A stretch of DNA of 64,000 nt from Prochlorococcus sp. AG-676-M04 (GTDB lineage Bacteria > Cyanobacteriota > Cyanobacteriia > PCC-6307 > Cyanobiaceae): NCBI GenBank assembly GCA_003210895.1, contig QCUB01000001.1:14163-78162 (forward strand), in the 5' to 3' direction. The position numbers were made by a program, and so were the translations under genes. The notes under the pieces are model-generated. The model was given only the letters and a program-made list of their open reading frames with translations. It did no database searches and was not told the DNA's origin. Numbering within the stretch: position 1 is the first letter of the stretch; each line of letters starts with the position of its first letter. Below are positions 50,683 to 60,193 of the stretch, in pieces.

Positions 50683-53010
50683 GTGACAATTGCACCAAAT
50701 AAAGCCTCCTCCGAGAGCAATTCTAATAATCTTAGAAAAGATGACTTCCCAAAAACAGCTCCTGCTGCTTATCCTGTCTTCTTTAGGTCATATAGCAGAA
50801 AGACAGTTTCCGGGAAAAGAGAGAATTGGAGTGAAGTTGGAGAAAGAAATTTATCTGGATTAAAAGAATTAGGGAAACTCTCTGATCAAGAATTGATGTT
50901 AATGAGAGAAATGCAGAGTAACCAAAAGGCTCAACCATCTGGAAGATGGTTATGGATCGGAGGGACTCCATGGATTAATAAAAACCAGAATTTTTCAGGA
51001 GCATATAATTGTACTTCGACAAATTTAATTGATTGGGAAGCTTTTGCCTTAATGATGGATTTAGCAATGATGGGTTGCGGCACAGGAGCAATAATAGAGC
51101 CCCATTTTATAAATAAGCTTCCAACAGTAAAAAATAAAATAACTATTAAATCAGTAAGCGAAGTAGGAATAACTCCTAAAGATCAAAGGCAGGAAAAATC
51201 CTCTTTAGAAATTAAAGGCAACGATATTTTTATAAAAGTTGGGGATAGCAGAAGAGGCTGGGTAGATAGTTATAAATATCTTCTTGAAGCATCAAGCAAT
51301 GAAAGTCTTGAGAAAGAAGTTAATATTCATATTAACTTAGAAGATATTAGGCCAGCAGGAGAATCATTAAAAGGTTTTGGAGGTATGGCGAATCCTATTA
51401 AATTAAAGGATCTATACTCTCGAGTTGCTTCTCTATTAGGAAAAGCGATTGGTAGAAAGCTAAATACAGTTGAGTGTTGCTTACTTATTGACGAAGCAGC
51501 TGTAACAATAGTTGCAGGTAATATAAGAAGAAGCGCTGGCATGAGGCAGTTTGCATCTGATGATAAAGAAGCAGCATCAGCTAAAGAGAATCTATGGAGT
51601 CAAGACGAAGACGGTAATTGGAGAATCGATCCTGAAAAGGACGCTCTTAGAATGGCAAATCATACAAGGGTTTATCATACAAAGCCCTCTTATCAAACAA
51701 TTCTGGATGCTGTAACCAAGCAATTCCATTCAGGTGAAGGAGCAATTCAATTTGCGCCAGAAGCAATAGCAAGATCAAATGCAGATATTTTGAACGGAGA
51801 AGATCTCAAAAATGAATTTATAGAAATATATTCAGAACAAGGTAAAGAGGAAGCTAGAAATTGGATTAATCTCAATTACGGACCTTTTTCTGAAGAAGAA
51901 CTAGATCATAGAATGAGTAGATATGGACTTAATCCTTGCGGAGAAATATTAGGCAACGATTTTCATTGTAACTTGGCCGAAGTTCACCTAAATCAGATAG
52001 ATCCGGAAAATATTGAAGAACAAAAAAAAGCCTTTAAAGCTGCAGCTCTTTCAGTGGCATGTTTGCTAAATCATGAATTTGAAGTTGAGAGATATAGAAA
52101 AAGTAGGGAGTATGATCCTATTGTGGGAGTTAGTTTTACAGGATTATTTGATTTCTTTGTACATGCGTTTGGAACTCCTTGGTTGAAATGGTGGGAAGCT
52201 GGGAGACCTGACAACGAAGAAGGAAAAGAATTTAAAAAGCAAGAAGCTAAATTCTTAGATTCATGGAGAAAAACTGTAAAAGAAACTGTTTGGGAATACT
52301 GCGACAAACATAATCTAAGAAGACCCAATAGATGCACAACAGTTCAACCTGCTGGCACCAAAAGTCTTTTAACAGGAGCTGCTCCTGGATGGCATCCACC
52401 TAAAGCACAAAGATTTTTAAGAAGAATAACTTTCAGAAAGAATGATCCTATTGCTTTAGCTTGTATGGATTATGGTTACTCTGTTGTTCCATCTCAATCC
52501 GATAAAGATGAAAAAGGATGCTTGCTTGATAATCCATTTGACCCAAGATGTACTGAATGGCTCGTTGAAATTCCAACAGAAGTAAGTTGGGCAAACATAG
52601 AAGGAGCAGATCAAATAGATATTAATAACTTCTCTGCCCTTGCACAATTCGATTTTTATATGCAAGTTCAAAAGTTTTATACAGAACATAATACTTCTGC
52701 AACTGTTGAATTTAGAGAAAGTGAAATTGAAGATTTAGCAAAAGCAATACATAGTGCAATAGAAAATAACGAAGGGTATATTTCTGCAGCATTATTAGCT
52801 CGATTCAGTGCAAATGCTACATTCCCAAGATTACCTTTTGAACCTATAAGCAAAGAGGAATATTTATCTTTGCAGGAACAGGTAACTGAAAGGAAAGTAA
52901 ATAACGATTTCTTTGACGCCCTAAATAAATATGACGTTGGAGAGCTCTCTGAAGCGGGTCCAGCTGGTTGTGATTCAGATAAATGTCTTCTTCCGCTAGC
53001 TAAGCCATAA
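50683..53010 (+). CDS. nrdJ: class II (B12-dependent) ribonucleotide reductase
   Basis: YNCT, GNIRRSA, NPCGE, TVQPAGT, C-terminal GCDSDKC. Confidence 0.96.
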   Translation: MTIAPNKASSESNSNNLRKDDFPKTAPAAYPVFFRSYSRKTVSGKRENWSEVGERNLSGLKELGKLSDQELMLMREMQSNQKAQPSGRWLWIGGTPWINKNQNFSGAYNCTSTNLIDWEAFALMMDLAMMGCGTGAIIEPHFINKLPTVKNKITIKSVSEVGITPKDQRQEKSSLEIKGNDIFIKVGDSRRGWVDSYKYLLEASSNESLEKEVNIHINLEDIRPAGESLKGFGGMANPIKLKDLYSRVASLLGKAIGRKLNTVECCLLIDEAAVTIVAGNIRRSAGMRQFASDDKEAASAKENLWSQDEDGNWRIDPEKDALRMANHTRVYHTKPSYQTILDAVTKQFHSGEGAIQFAPEAIARSNADILNGEDLKNEFIEIYSEQGKEEARNWINLNYGPFSEEELDHRMSRYGLNPCGEILGNDFHCNLAEVHLNQIDPENIEEQKKAFKAAALSVACLLNHEFEVERYRKSREYDPIVGVSFTGLFDFFVHAFGTPWLKWWEAGRPDNEEGKEFKKQEAKFLDSWRKTVKETVWEYCDKHNLRRPNRCTTVQPAGTKSLLTGAAPGWHPPKAQRFLRRITFRKNDPIALACMDYGYSVVPSQSDKDEKGCLLDNPFDPRCTEWLVEIPTEVSWANIEGADQIDINNFSALAQFDFYMQVQKFYTEHNTSATVEFRESEIEDLAKAIHSAIENNEGYISAALLARFSANATFPRLPFEPISKEEYLSLQEQVTERKVNNDFFDALNKYDVGELSEAGPAGCDSDKCLLPLAKP

Positions 53011-53096
53011 AATTAAATATTAAATTATTTATAAATAAAAGTAATATTTGTTTTTTAAAAATCAATCTATAGCTAAATCTTAAGTAGATATATAAA

Positions 53097-53360
53097 TTGA
53101 TTATGACATTAAGCTTAAATATTGGTAATTTTTTTAATGATTCATGCAGTCATGCATTAGTTGACGAACTAAGAAAAAAAACTACTGAAAAGGAGATATT
53201 GGAATTTGAAGAAAAATTTAACTCCAAAAACGAAAAAAACCTACATGTTTACATTTGTAGGTTTCTAAAAAACAGATCTATATCAAGAGCTTTAGCTTCT
53301 AAGTGGCTTATTACAATGATTAATAACAAAGAATCAGAAATTAATACTCTAAAAAATTAG
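53097..53360 (+). CDS. conserved hypothetical protein
   Basis: 87-aa ORF. Confidence 0.7.
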   Translation: MIMTLSLNIGNFFNDSCSHALVDELRKKTTEKEILEFEEKFNSKNEKNLHVYICRFLKNRSISRALASKWLITMINNKESEINTLKN

Positions 53361-53364
53361 ATAA

Positions 53365-53565
53365 TTAAGTTAAAGCAGAAAGCCTCCAAAGAGCTATCCC
53401 AAAAATTGAAACACCCATTATTAAAGTAAAAGCTAGAGCATTAACTACCTGTACTTTTTCAGTCATAACATTTGCAAATGGAAGTAGCTGTGCAAACAAA
53501 GGTTTTTCTTCTACAACGGTAGCTCTTTTACTAGGAGATTTTTTGTTTTTTGAGAACATAAACAA
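53365..53565 (-). CDS. hypothetical single-TM protein
   Basis: C-terminal hydrophobic helix. Confidence 0.6.
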   Translation of the reverse strand: MFMFSKNKKSPSKRATVVEEKPLFAQLLPFANVMTEKVQVVNALAFTLIMGVSIFGIALWRLSALT

Positions 53566-53766
53566 CGTTATAATCTTTTGAATTTTACATTTAAAAAGGA
53601 AGTTTATTAAAAATAAAACGATTAATTGAACAAAATGTAACCTGTACTATTTTTAAGGAAATTAATAAGCTTAAAAATATGAACTTTTTTAACTCCAAAT
53701 AAATAATAAATAAGAATTGTTTTGTTCAAAATAGACAAAAACATTCCAAAGGTGTTAATATAAAAA

Positions 53767-53782
53767 TGTAGCAATTACTACA
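53767..53782. promoter_or_regulatory. NtcA box in repressor position
   Basis: TGTA-GCAATTAC-TACA between a TAATAT -10 and the riboswitch. Confidence 0.8.
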
Positions 53783-53785
53783 AAA

Positions 53786-53845
53786 CGTTCAACTTGCATA
53801 TGCAAGATGCAGATCGACTTAAGCCATGGAACGGGGACTTAAGCG
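53786..53845 (+). ncRNA. glutamine riboswitch (Downstream-peptide motif; Yfr6-type)
   Basis: CGTTC...CTTGCATATGCAAG...CTTAAGCCATGGAACGGGGACTTAAG with CGTTC/GAACG pseudoknot. Confidence 0.9.
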
Positions 53846-53861
53846 AAAAAGGAGCTAATCA

Positions 53862-53963
53862 ATGACTCTAATTTACAGAGGACAAAAATATGTCCAAAAC
53901 AAAGAGGCTGCTAAGAAACAGCACAATGAATTAACATATAGAGGAAAAGCCTACACAAGTTAA
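53862..53963 (+). CDS. DUF4278-family 33-aa peptide
   Basis: MTLIYRGQKYVQNKEAAKKQHNELTYRGKAYTS with two YRG motifs; AGGAG RBS. Confidence 0.9.
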   Translation: MTLIYRGQKYVQNKEAAKKQHNELTYRGKAYTS

Positions 53964-53977
53964 ACTCATTACAACAT

Positions 53978-54009
53978 AAAAAAGACCGCTTTAAGTGGTC
54001 TTTTTTTTT
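53978..54009. terminator. intrinsic terminator
   Basis: AAAAAAGACCGC-TTAA-GTGGTCTTTTTTTTT. Confidence 0.8.
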
Positions 54010-54034
54010 GGTTAGTTATCTAGCAATAATTATT

Positions 54035-54198
54035 TTATTCATCAAAGATTTTGCAATAAGAGTTTGTATGATGGGAAAAGCATTCCTCATCCCAGTATTC
54101 ACTAAAAGATTCCCTAGGTAAATGATAATTAAAATCATGCATCTTCCAAATGTCATTAAATGAATTATTTAGAATTAAAAAAGTGTGGTCAGTTTCAT
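54035..54198 (-). pseudogene. frameshifted paralog of the 55531 CP12-tail-like peptide
   Basis: MKLTTLFNS, then another frame NNSFNDIWKMHDFNYHLPRESFSEYWDEECFSHHTNSYCKIFDE*; length 164 = 165-1. Confidence 0.7.
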
Positions 54199-54322
54199 AA
54201 ACTTTCCTTATAACTAACGGTTACTTACGACGATTTTGTAAATAAAGTCAGGTGAACAATACTTAATACTTCTCGCAACAATTGATATAAAGTATATAAA
54301 TGTTGACTATTTAGAGGAACTT

Positions 54323-54472
54323 ATGGCGGATCAAAAACCTTTATTTAAGACTCCCTACGACATAAAAGACGTTAGTGTCCTTTTTGCGATAGTGGCTTTT
54401 GTTTTAATCATTGCGGCGATAGTTGGTAATAATTTATTTGGTATATTTCAACAAAACGTTAATTTTGGATAA
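54323..54472 (+). CDS. 49-aa single-TM protein
   Basis: MADQKPLFKTPYDIKDVSVLFAIVAFVLIIAAIVGNNLFGIFQQNVNFG; GAGG RBS. Confidence 0.65.
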   Translation: MADQKPLFKTPYDIKDVSVLFAIVAFVLIIAAIVGNNLFGIFQQNVNFG

Positions 54473-54687
54473 TTTCTTTTGATGTAGTGATTAAGTTATC
54501 AAAATTTTGATACCCCTGCTAGAAGGTTTCACAAGTATTACAGACTCTGGCTTAAAAATAGATAGATATGTAGTCGTATCAAGTATTTTCGTATATATTC
54601 AAATATTTGATTCCAAATTTTTTCCGAAAAAATTAAACTCTTTTTGCTATAATAGATATAGTTAAAAATTAAATATTTTTTTCACCT

Positions 54688-54774
54688 GGAGGGGTGGTCG
54701 AGTGGTTTAAGGCTCTAGTCTTGAAAACTAGCGTGTCTGCAAGGGCACCGTGGGTTCGAATCCCACCCCCTCCG
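54688..54774 (+). tRNA. trnS: tRNA-Ser(UGA)
   Basis: GGAGGGG/CCCCTCC acceptor stem, CTAGT-CTTGAAA-ACTAG anticodon arm, long variable arm, GTTCGAATC. Confidence 0.98.
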
Positions 54775-55217
54775 TTCTACATACAAATCAGGAAATATCA
54801 TATCAAGGCAGAGAATCCCAGAAAGACTAATATGAGAGAGTATCCAGAAAAATAAGATAATAAAATATTCTAGAATAATTCAGATTTATAAATTTGATGT
54901 TTGTGTTTTGTTTTTTTTACTTGGGGGGTATTTAATAATGAGGTGGATCTGATTCTTCTGGAGGGGAATAGGTATCATCATCACTATCTTTTTTCTTCTT
55001 TCTAAAATATTCTTCAGAGGGATCTAATCGATCATTATCAAAATTCCGTTCCTTTTTCCATTTAGAAATCAATTTTAATATCAAAAACTACAACTATTCC
55101 AATACTTATTAGCAATAATCTAATCGCAATTTGAGGTGAAGGTAAAACCATTTAAAACTTTTTAGTCACCATATCGAATCCACTCCAGTATCTATGAAAG
55201 ATTGAGTAATATTAACA

Positions 55218-55436
55218 TTGAATAAATCATCACAAATAAAAATGGTACTAGCAAAAAATGATCTTGAAATTTATTATGCAATAGGAAATGCAAATACTCA
55301 AAGGCAAGAGAATGAAATTGCAGCAATCATCAAAAAACGTAATTCTGCAGGATGGAAGTTGATATCAACAAGTACGGCAATAGTAGATACTAAAAACCAG
55401 TTTTCAAATCTTTATCTATTTTGGGAAAAGATTTGA
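55218..55436 (+). CDS. DUF4177-like small protein
   Basis: I.KRNSAGWKLIS...YLFWEK pattern. Confidence 0.55.
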   Translation: MNKSSQIKMVLAKNDLEIYYAIGNANTQRQENEIAAIIKKRNSAGWKLISTSTAIVDTKNQFSNLYLFWEKI

Positions 55437-55530
55437 TTTAAACTATAAAGCACTTCTACTCGGGTATTAATACTCTATTAATTTAAAGTAACTAGGAGGA
55501 TAATTAGGGAGTAGAGATATAGGAGGTTTT

Positions 55531-55689
55531 ATGAAACTCACCACTCCGTTAACTGCTTTAAAAAACGCAACTTCAGATCTTTGGAGAATGCATGATTTTA
55601 AATATCAATTACCGAAAGATCTAAGACAGGATTATTGGGAAAAAGAATGTATCGACCACCCAACAAGTTCTCATTGCAAAGTTTACTAA
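55531..55689 (+). CDS. 52-aa peptide with CP12-like C-terminus
   Basis: MKLTTPLTALKNATSDLWRMHDFKYQLPKDLRQDYWEKECIDHPTSSHCKVY; AGGAGG RBS; terminator at 55715-55741. Confidence 0.75.
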   Translation: MKLTTPLTALKNATSDLWRMHDFKYQLPKDLRQDYWEKECIDHPTSSHCKVY

Positions 55690-56285
55690 AAAAATTATAT
55701 AAATTTAAGGCATAAAAAAAGACCCTTCACGGAGTCTTTTTATTAGTGACGACAGAATGAGGTCTATTTGATATTCAGATTAAGAGTTTTCCTAAAGTTA
55801 GTTTTGATAGTAAATGTGATTGCTCACTTCTTTAGAATTTACTAACGAATTTTTGAGACAGCTCAAAATTAATCCCGAAGGTTTAATTTCTGATTACTTA
55901 ATTTTCACTTTCTTACTTGAGAGGTTAGATAGTTAATTTCCTTGGTATTACAGACCATGGATTAGTGAAGATCTATTTGTTCATCATTGGTCAATTAGAT
56001 CACTAGAACTGTCGCTTTAACAAATTATCTATCTCAAAAATGTTGAATGAATCATTAAGGTTGTTTTAATCATGAATAATCAAATCTTTAATACTTCTTC
56101 CAGTAGACTAAATAAATCAGATACTCCTTACACACTAATTTTTGATACTAAACGCCCCGATTCGTAAAAATTAGTTTTTTTTAATACCACTAAGTTCTAA
56201 TAAGGGATAATTGGCATATGTTTCGAATAAGTAACATTACTTATAACCTTCCACTAAAAAAAAAATTATGTAATAATATATAATC

Positions 56286-56382
56286 GTGTGTAGGAGAGGT
56301 TCTACTAAAACAGTGGAAACAAGGAAACACTTCATTTAGTAAAACCAAAATAAAGACCTTTAGAAATAAGGGTCTTTTTTTT
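56286..56382 (+). ncRNA. Yfr2-family sRNA (Cyano-1 motif)
   Basis: 5' GTGTGTAGGAGAGG, hairpin with GGAAACAAGGAAAC loop, terminator AAAGACC...GGTCTTTTTT. Confidence 0.92.
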
Positions 56383-56533
56383 ATATTTTTTAAAGTTTTT
56401 AGAATTTGTGTTTTGTTTGTGATTTTTATAATATTGGCACTTGTAACTTATTCAGATTAATTCAAGACTGGTCACTCTAACCTTATCCGACCGACACCCC
56501 CTCCATTCATCTAAAACTGTACTTCTAATGACT

Positions 56534-56824
56534 TTATAAAAGATGTCTACACATATACCAAAAATGTTCTAAGTCCATTGTTATCGTCTTGAACTTATCA
56601 GTTTCTATTTTCCTTGAAGATGACCTTTGTATTATAACTTTTATTGATGGATGCTTCATTGAATATACAGGTTTGAATCCTGCTTTTTTTGCTTCACTAT
56701 GAAGATCTCTCTTTTGATAAGCATCCATTCCACAAAATAAAATAGAGGGTTTATTATCTAATCCTTCTTCTGACTTCATCATTCTATATTTTAAAACTTT
56801 TGCAATCTTTTCTAATTCCCACAT
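56534..56824 (-). CDS. small BRCT-like protein
   Basis: ILFCGM...L...AKKAGF..V.S pattern. Confidence 0.55.
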   Translation of the reverse strand: MWELEKIAKVLKYRMMKSEEGLDNKPSILFCGMDAYQKRDLHSEAKKAGFKPVYSMKHPSIKVIIQRSSSRKIETDKFKTITMDLEHFWYMCRHLL

Positions 56825-56851
56825 TATTTTTTATTCAGAAAAACATAATCC

Positions 56852-57055
56852 TCACTTATAGTATTTTATGACACCTAAAACGCCAACAAAAAGAATAAAA
56901 ATTGCTAAGCCATAAAAGACGAAAGGAATAATAGGATATTTATATAAAATATTTCTAACTTTCTGCTGAACCTTTTTTTTATTAAATTCAGGGAACACAA
57001 TTTCTTTTTCTCTAGCGGGCAAACCTAAATCTTTTCTTCTTTTAGCTTCCCCCAT
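56852..57055 (-). CDS. DUF2839-family protein
   Basis: MGEAKRRK.LGLP N-terminus and C-terminal TM segment. Confidence 0.85.
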   Translation of the reverse strand: MGEAKRRKDLGLPAREKEIVFPEFNKKKVQQKVRNILYKYPIIPFVFYGLAIFILFVGVLGVIKYYK

Positions 57056-57158
57056 TTCAAAAACAAGTCAAATTAAATAATAATATAAATATATCTTGTT
57101 TATTTTTAAATACACTCTTTATTTTTGTTCTTGTTATTATTTATTTTTAATTTGACTT

Positions 57159-57359
57159 ATGGATAAAGGATTCGCTACAAAAATCTCTGATACCAAAAAA
57201 ACAAAAAATATAATTTCTTCAAAAGAATCAAAAGGTAGGCTTATATCATGGTCTCCTTGGCCACCTGCAAACTTTAAAACTCGTTATCCTGCTTTCCCTC
57301 TTGTTCTTACAATATTAATTGTATTTGCTGGGCAATGGTATATTTCTCTTTTAAGATAA
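57159..57359 (+). CDS. hypothetical single-TM protein
   Basis: 66-aa ORF with C-terminal TM segment. Confidence 0.6.
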   Translation: MDKGFATKISDTKKTKNIISSKESKGRLISWSPWPPANFKTRYPAFPLVLTILIVFAGQWYISLLR

Positions 57360-57414
57360 TTAAAACGTTATTTAAAATTTAAATTTAATGTAATTTGAGA
57401 ATATTTAGATTAAT

Positions 57415-58008
57415 TTGTTTTTCATTATCTTATTTTTAGCTCATTTACAAGCAATAGTTTTTCCAATAGTTTTTGGATTTAAATCTATTAATAAATTCAA
57501 AAATGTAAAAAACTACTTTCTAATTCCCTTTGGGTTTGGTTTTCTAGGTTTGGCATCAATGTTTGAGACGATTGATCATACAAAAACAGATTGGATTTAT
57601 ATAGATCACTCTTCTTTATTTAACTGGCTATTTTACAGTTTTCTTGCATTAGGGTTAACAAGCTTAGCAATATCAGTTATTAAAAATAAATTTTTAATTG
57701 GAACAAATATTTTCTTATGTTTTGGCTCAATAGTTTCTTATTTGTTAATTGATAAAACCATCTCTCTATCTTTTCAAGTAATGATAAGTATTTTTTTGAT
57801 AATAAATTGGCAACGAATGTTTAAAGATTGGCTATTAATTGCTTACCCAATCTTTGGAATAATATTTACAACTTTCTTTGGAACAAATCTTTCGATAACT
57901 GGTGATCAAATTTGGCATATTTTTATAGGTCCATCCGGTACCATTAGTGTACTTACTTTTTACTTAGTATTGAATAGATCAAAGAGAAAGTTTCCTGGAA
58001 TTTTATAA
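57415..58008 (+). CDS. multi-pass membrane protein
   Basis: About 7 hydrophobic segments, E..DH motif. Confidence 0.75.
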   Translation: MFFIILFLAHLQAIVFPIVFGFKSINKFKNVKNYFLIPFGFGFLGLASMFETIDHTKTDWIYIDHSSLFNWLFYSFLALGLTSLAISVIKNKFLIGTNIFLCFGSIVSYLLIDKTISLSFQVMISIFLIINWQRMFKDWLLIAYPIFGIIFTTFFGTNLSITGDQIWHIFIGPSGTISVLTFYLVLNRSKRKFPGIL

Positions 58009-58337
58009 TGAGAAAATTTATATTTGCCTCATTTTTGATTTTATTAACTTTATCAATTGCACCCAATCAAACGCTAGCTGAAACTCCAATTGATATTTAT
58101 ATGAATGATTTTTACTTTAAATCAAACCAAGCCAGCAAAATTCTCAAAGAGATAGAAACTAATCTCAAAGAAGGTTCTAGGCTGAATGTATGTTCAAGAC
58201 AGAGAGAAGCAGCAAGATTGGGGTTATTAGCCAACAAATCTTTAATTAGAGCATTTGAGATAGGAGGAACCGAACCACCAGTGGAAGCTATAAAATCCAG
58301 TCAGAAAAGATGGGAATCTATCTTAAATAATTGTTAA
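58008..58337 (+). CDS. secreted hypothetical protein
   Basis: Signal peptide, two Cys. Confidence 0.7.
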   Translation: MRKFIFASFLILLTLSIAPNQTLAETPIDIYMNDFYFKSNQASKILKEIETNLKEGSRLNVCSRQREAARLGLLANKSLIRAFEIGGTEPPVEAIKSSQKRWESILNNC

Positions 58338-58367
58338 TAAACCCAATTTAAAGAATTTAATGAGTTT

Positions 58368-58823
58368 TTAAATTTGCATTCTTACAGATTTACTAATAAA
58401 TGGGATCTCAGGTTCAACTCCATTAATGCACTGAAAAATAGCAAACATAAAAATAGATAGAGTAAACACAAATACTATTAAACCAAATTCAGCCACAGGT
58501 AAAATACGTAAAAGATAATTAATTATAATAAGAGCAATGTCAAGGAGTAAAGCTTGACAAGCATTATATCTTACGAAATAAGGGATATTTGGATTCCTCA
58601 CAACTCCTGCAAACAATATCAAAAAAAATAATAATCCACCAAAAGGAAGAGATCTCTCAATTATCGCAACGGGGAAAGTGAGATATAAAAGTACTTTTAA
58701 AAAAGAAAATTTATAAAATAAATAATTTCCAAAAGGTAATGAAGCCTTTAATGGCAAAGTATAAAAGATAACTGAAGAAAGTCTTTGAATTATTTGATTC
58801 AATTGAAATTTATCCTTTAACAT
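58368..58823 (-). CDS. Tic20/Ycf60-family protein
   Basis: VVRNPNIPYFVRYNACQALLLDI, EIPFIS..VRMQI. Confidence 0.88.
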   Translation of the reverse strand: MLKDKFQLNQIIQRLSSVIFYTLPLKASLPFGNYLFYKFSFLKVLLYLTFPVAIIERSLPFGGLLFFLILFAGVVRNPNIPYFVRYNACQALLLDIALIIINYLLRILPVAEFGLIVFVFTLSIFMFAIFQCINGVEPEIPFISKSVRMQI

Positions 58824-58894
58824 CGTTATCTTAACGTAATTTCTTAAAAACTAAATTAACGAAATATCATTGTCTATAAATAAAGAAATTTTTA

Positions 58895-59284
58895 ATGAGA
58901 ATATTACACACCATGTTAAGAGTTGGGGATTTAGATAAATCTATTAATTTTTATGTAAATAGATTAGGGATGAATCTAATAAGAAGGAAAGATTATCCTC
59001 ATGGAGAATTTACTTTAGCTTTTGTTGGCTATGGTTCTGAGAAAGATAACGCAGTAATTGAGTTAACTCATAATTGGAGTAAAAAATCAGAAGATTATGA
59101 ACTAGGAAATAAGTATGGGCATATCGCTATTGGTGTAAAAGATATACATGGCATTTGCCAGGGACTGGAAGATAACGGATGCAATGTTACGACCAAACCA
59201 AAAACAATGAAAAATAGTACTACCGTTTTAGCATTTATAGAAGATCCTGATGGATATAAGATTGAACTTATTGAAAGAGATTAG
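58895..59284 (+). CDS. gloA: lactoylglutathione lyase
   Basis: MRILHTMLRVGDL, ELTHNW, DPDGYKIELI. Confidence 0.97.
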   Translation: MRILHTMLRVGDLDKSINFYVNRLGMNLIRRKDYPHGEFTLAFVGYGSEKDNAVIELTHNWSKKSEDYELGNKYGHIAIGVKDIHGICQGLEDNGCNVTTKPKTMKNSTTVLAFIEDPDGYKIELIERD

Positions 59285-59286
59285 TT

Positions 59287-59439
59287 ATGGCAATTTCAGA
59301 ATTAAATGAAGACACACAGGATCAAATATGTGATCTTCTTGAAAATTTACAGCAAGTAGAGAAACTTAAAAATAAAGATATGCGTATTTTGTTAGATAAA
59401 ATAGTTAGAACGTATGGAGGAAAAGTTGTAAATAAATAA
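59287..59439 (+). CDS. 50-aa hypothetical protein
   Basis: MAISELNEDTQDQICDLLENLQQVEKLKNKDMRILLDKIVRTYGGKVVNK. Confidence 0.55.
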   Translation: MAISELNEDTQDQICDLLENLQQVEKLKNKDMRILLDKIVRTYGGKVVNK

Positions 59440-59469
59440 GTTAGTTTCTAATTACTTTGCTATAAATTA

Positions 59470-59597
59470 ATTGAGGCCAAACCTCATGAGTTAACTCTAC
59501 GTTCAACTCCAAGACATAGATTGATTACGTATAGTAGTGTACTCAATTTAATAACCCTTCTGGTAGTGGGAATTTCTGGAAGGGTTTCTTGTTTTTA
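59470..59597 (+). ncRNA. candidate structured sRNA
   Basis: TATAAA -10, three successive hairpins, the last being AACCCTTC...GAAGGGTT followed by a T-rich tail. Confidence 0.55.
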
Positions 59598-59627
59598 CTT
59601 TGCTATGGCAATACAAAATTAGTACTA

Positions 59628-60004
59628 ATGTATAAAACTATAACTTGGCTAATAAAAGGGGCTGCTCTTGTTGTTATTGGAGGATGCCTTAATGCATATT
59701 TAAACTTAGATAAAAAACCTTCCTTAATTTTTCAAAACCCAGTATTGAGGATTTAAGGTATAAAGAATTAGATAAGAAACGCGCAAATGCGGAATTTACA
59801 GCAAAAAGAGATTCTATAGACTATCGAAAATTTGGAAGTACAATTTTTTGTAATGCTTCAATGAATAGTTGGATTGAATCAGTAAATTATTCTAAGCAAA
59901 TGGATTTGTATATTTTTGGGAAAGATGGGGATATATCAAAATGGGATAATGCAATCAAAGATTATGAAAACGAAAGATCAAGATGTAGAGACTTTAATCC
60001 TTAA
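59628..60004 (+). pseudogene. frameshifted membrane-anchored protein of about 125 aa (absent from the ORF track)
   Basis: MYKTITWLIKGAALVVIGG...PSLIF, continuing in another frame as SKPSIEDLRY...ERSRCRDFNP*; length 377 = 378-1; T5 run near 59728. Confidence 0.7.
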
Positions 60005-60193
60005 AGGTATTTTATTTGCCTAGAACCGTGAGTCATCCCAAAGGTTGAAAGTTTTAAACATACAGAGAAAACAGTTATCATTTTTAAAAAATTTATCATA
60101 TAAAGAAAAATACTACAATCTATTCATATTCCATTAAAAATCTATAGACAATCTATATAGATTAAATTATTCTTATAGTACAGCTAAGAATTT

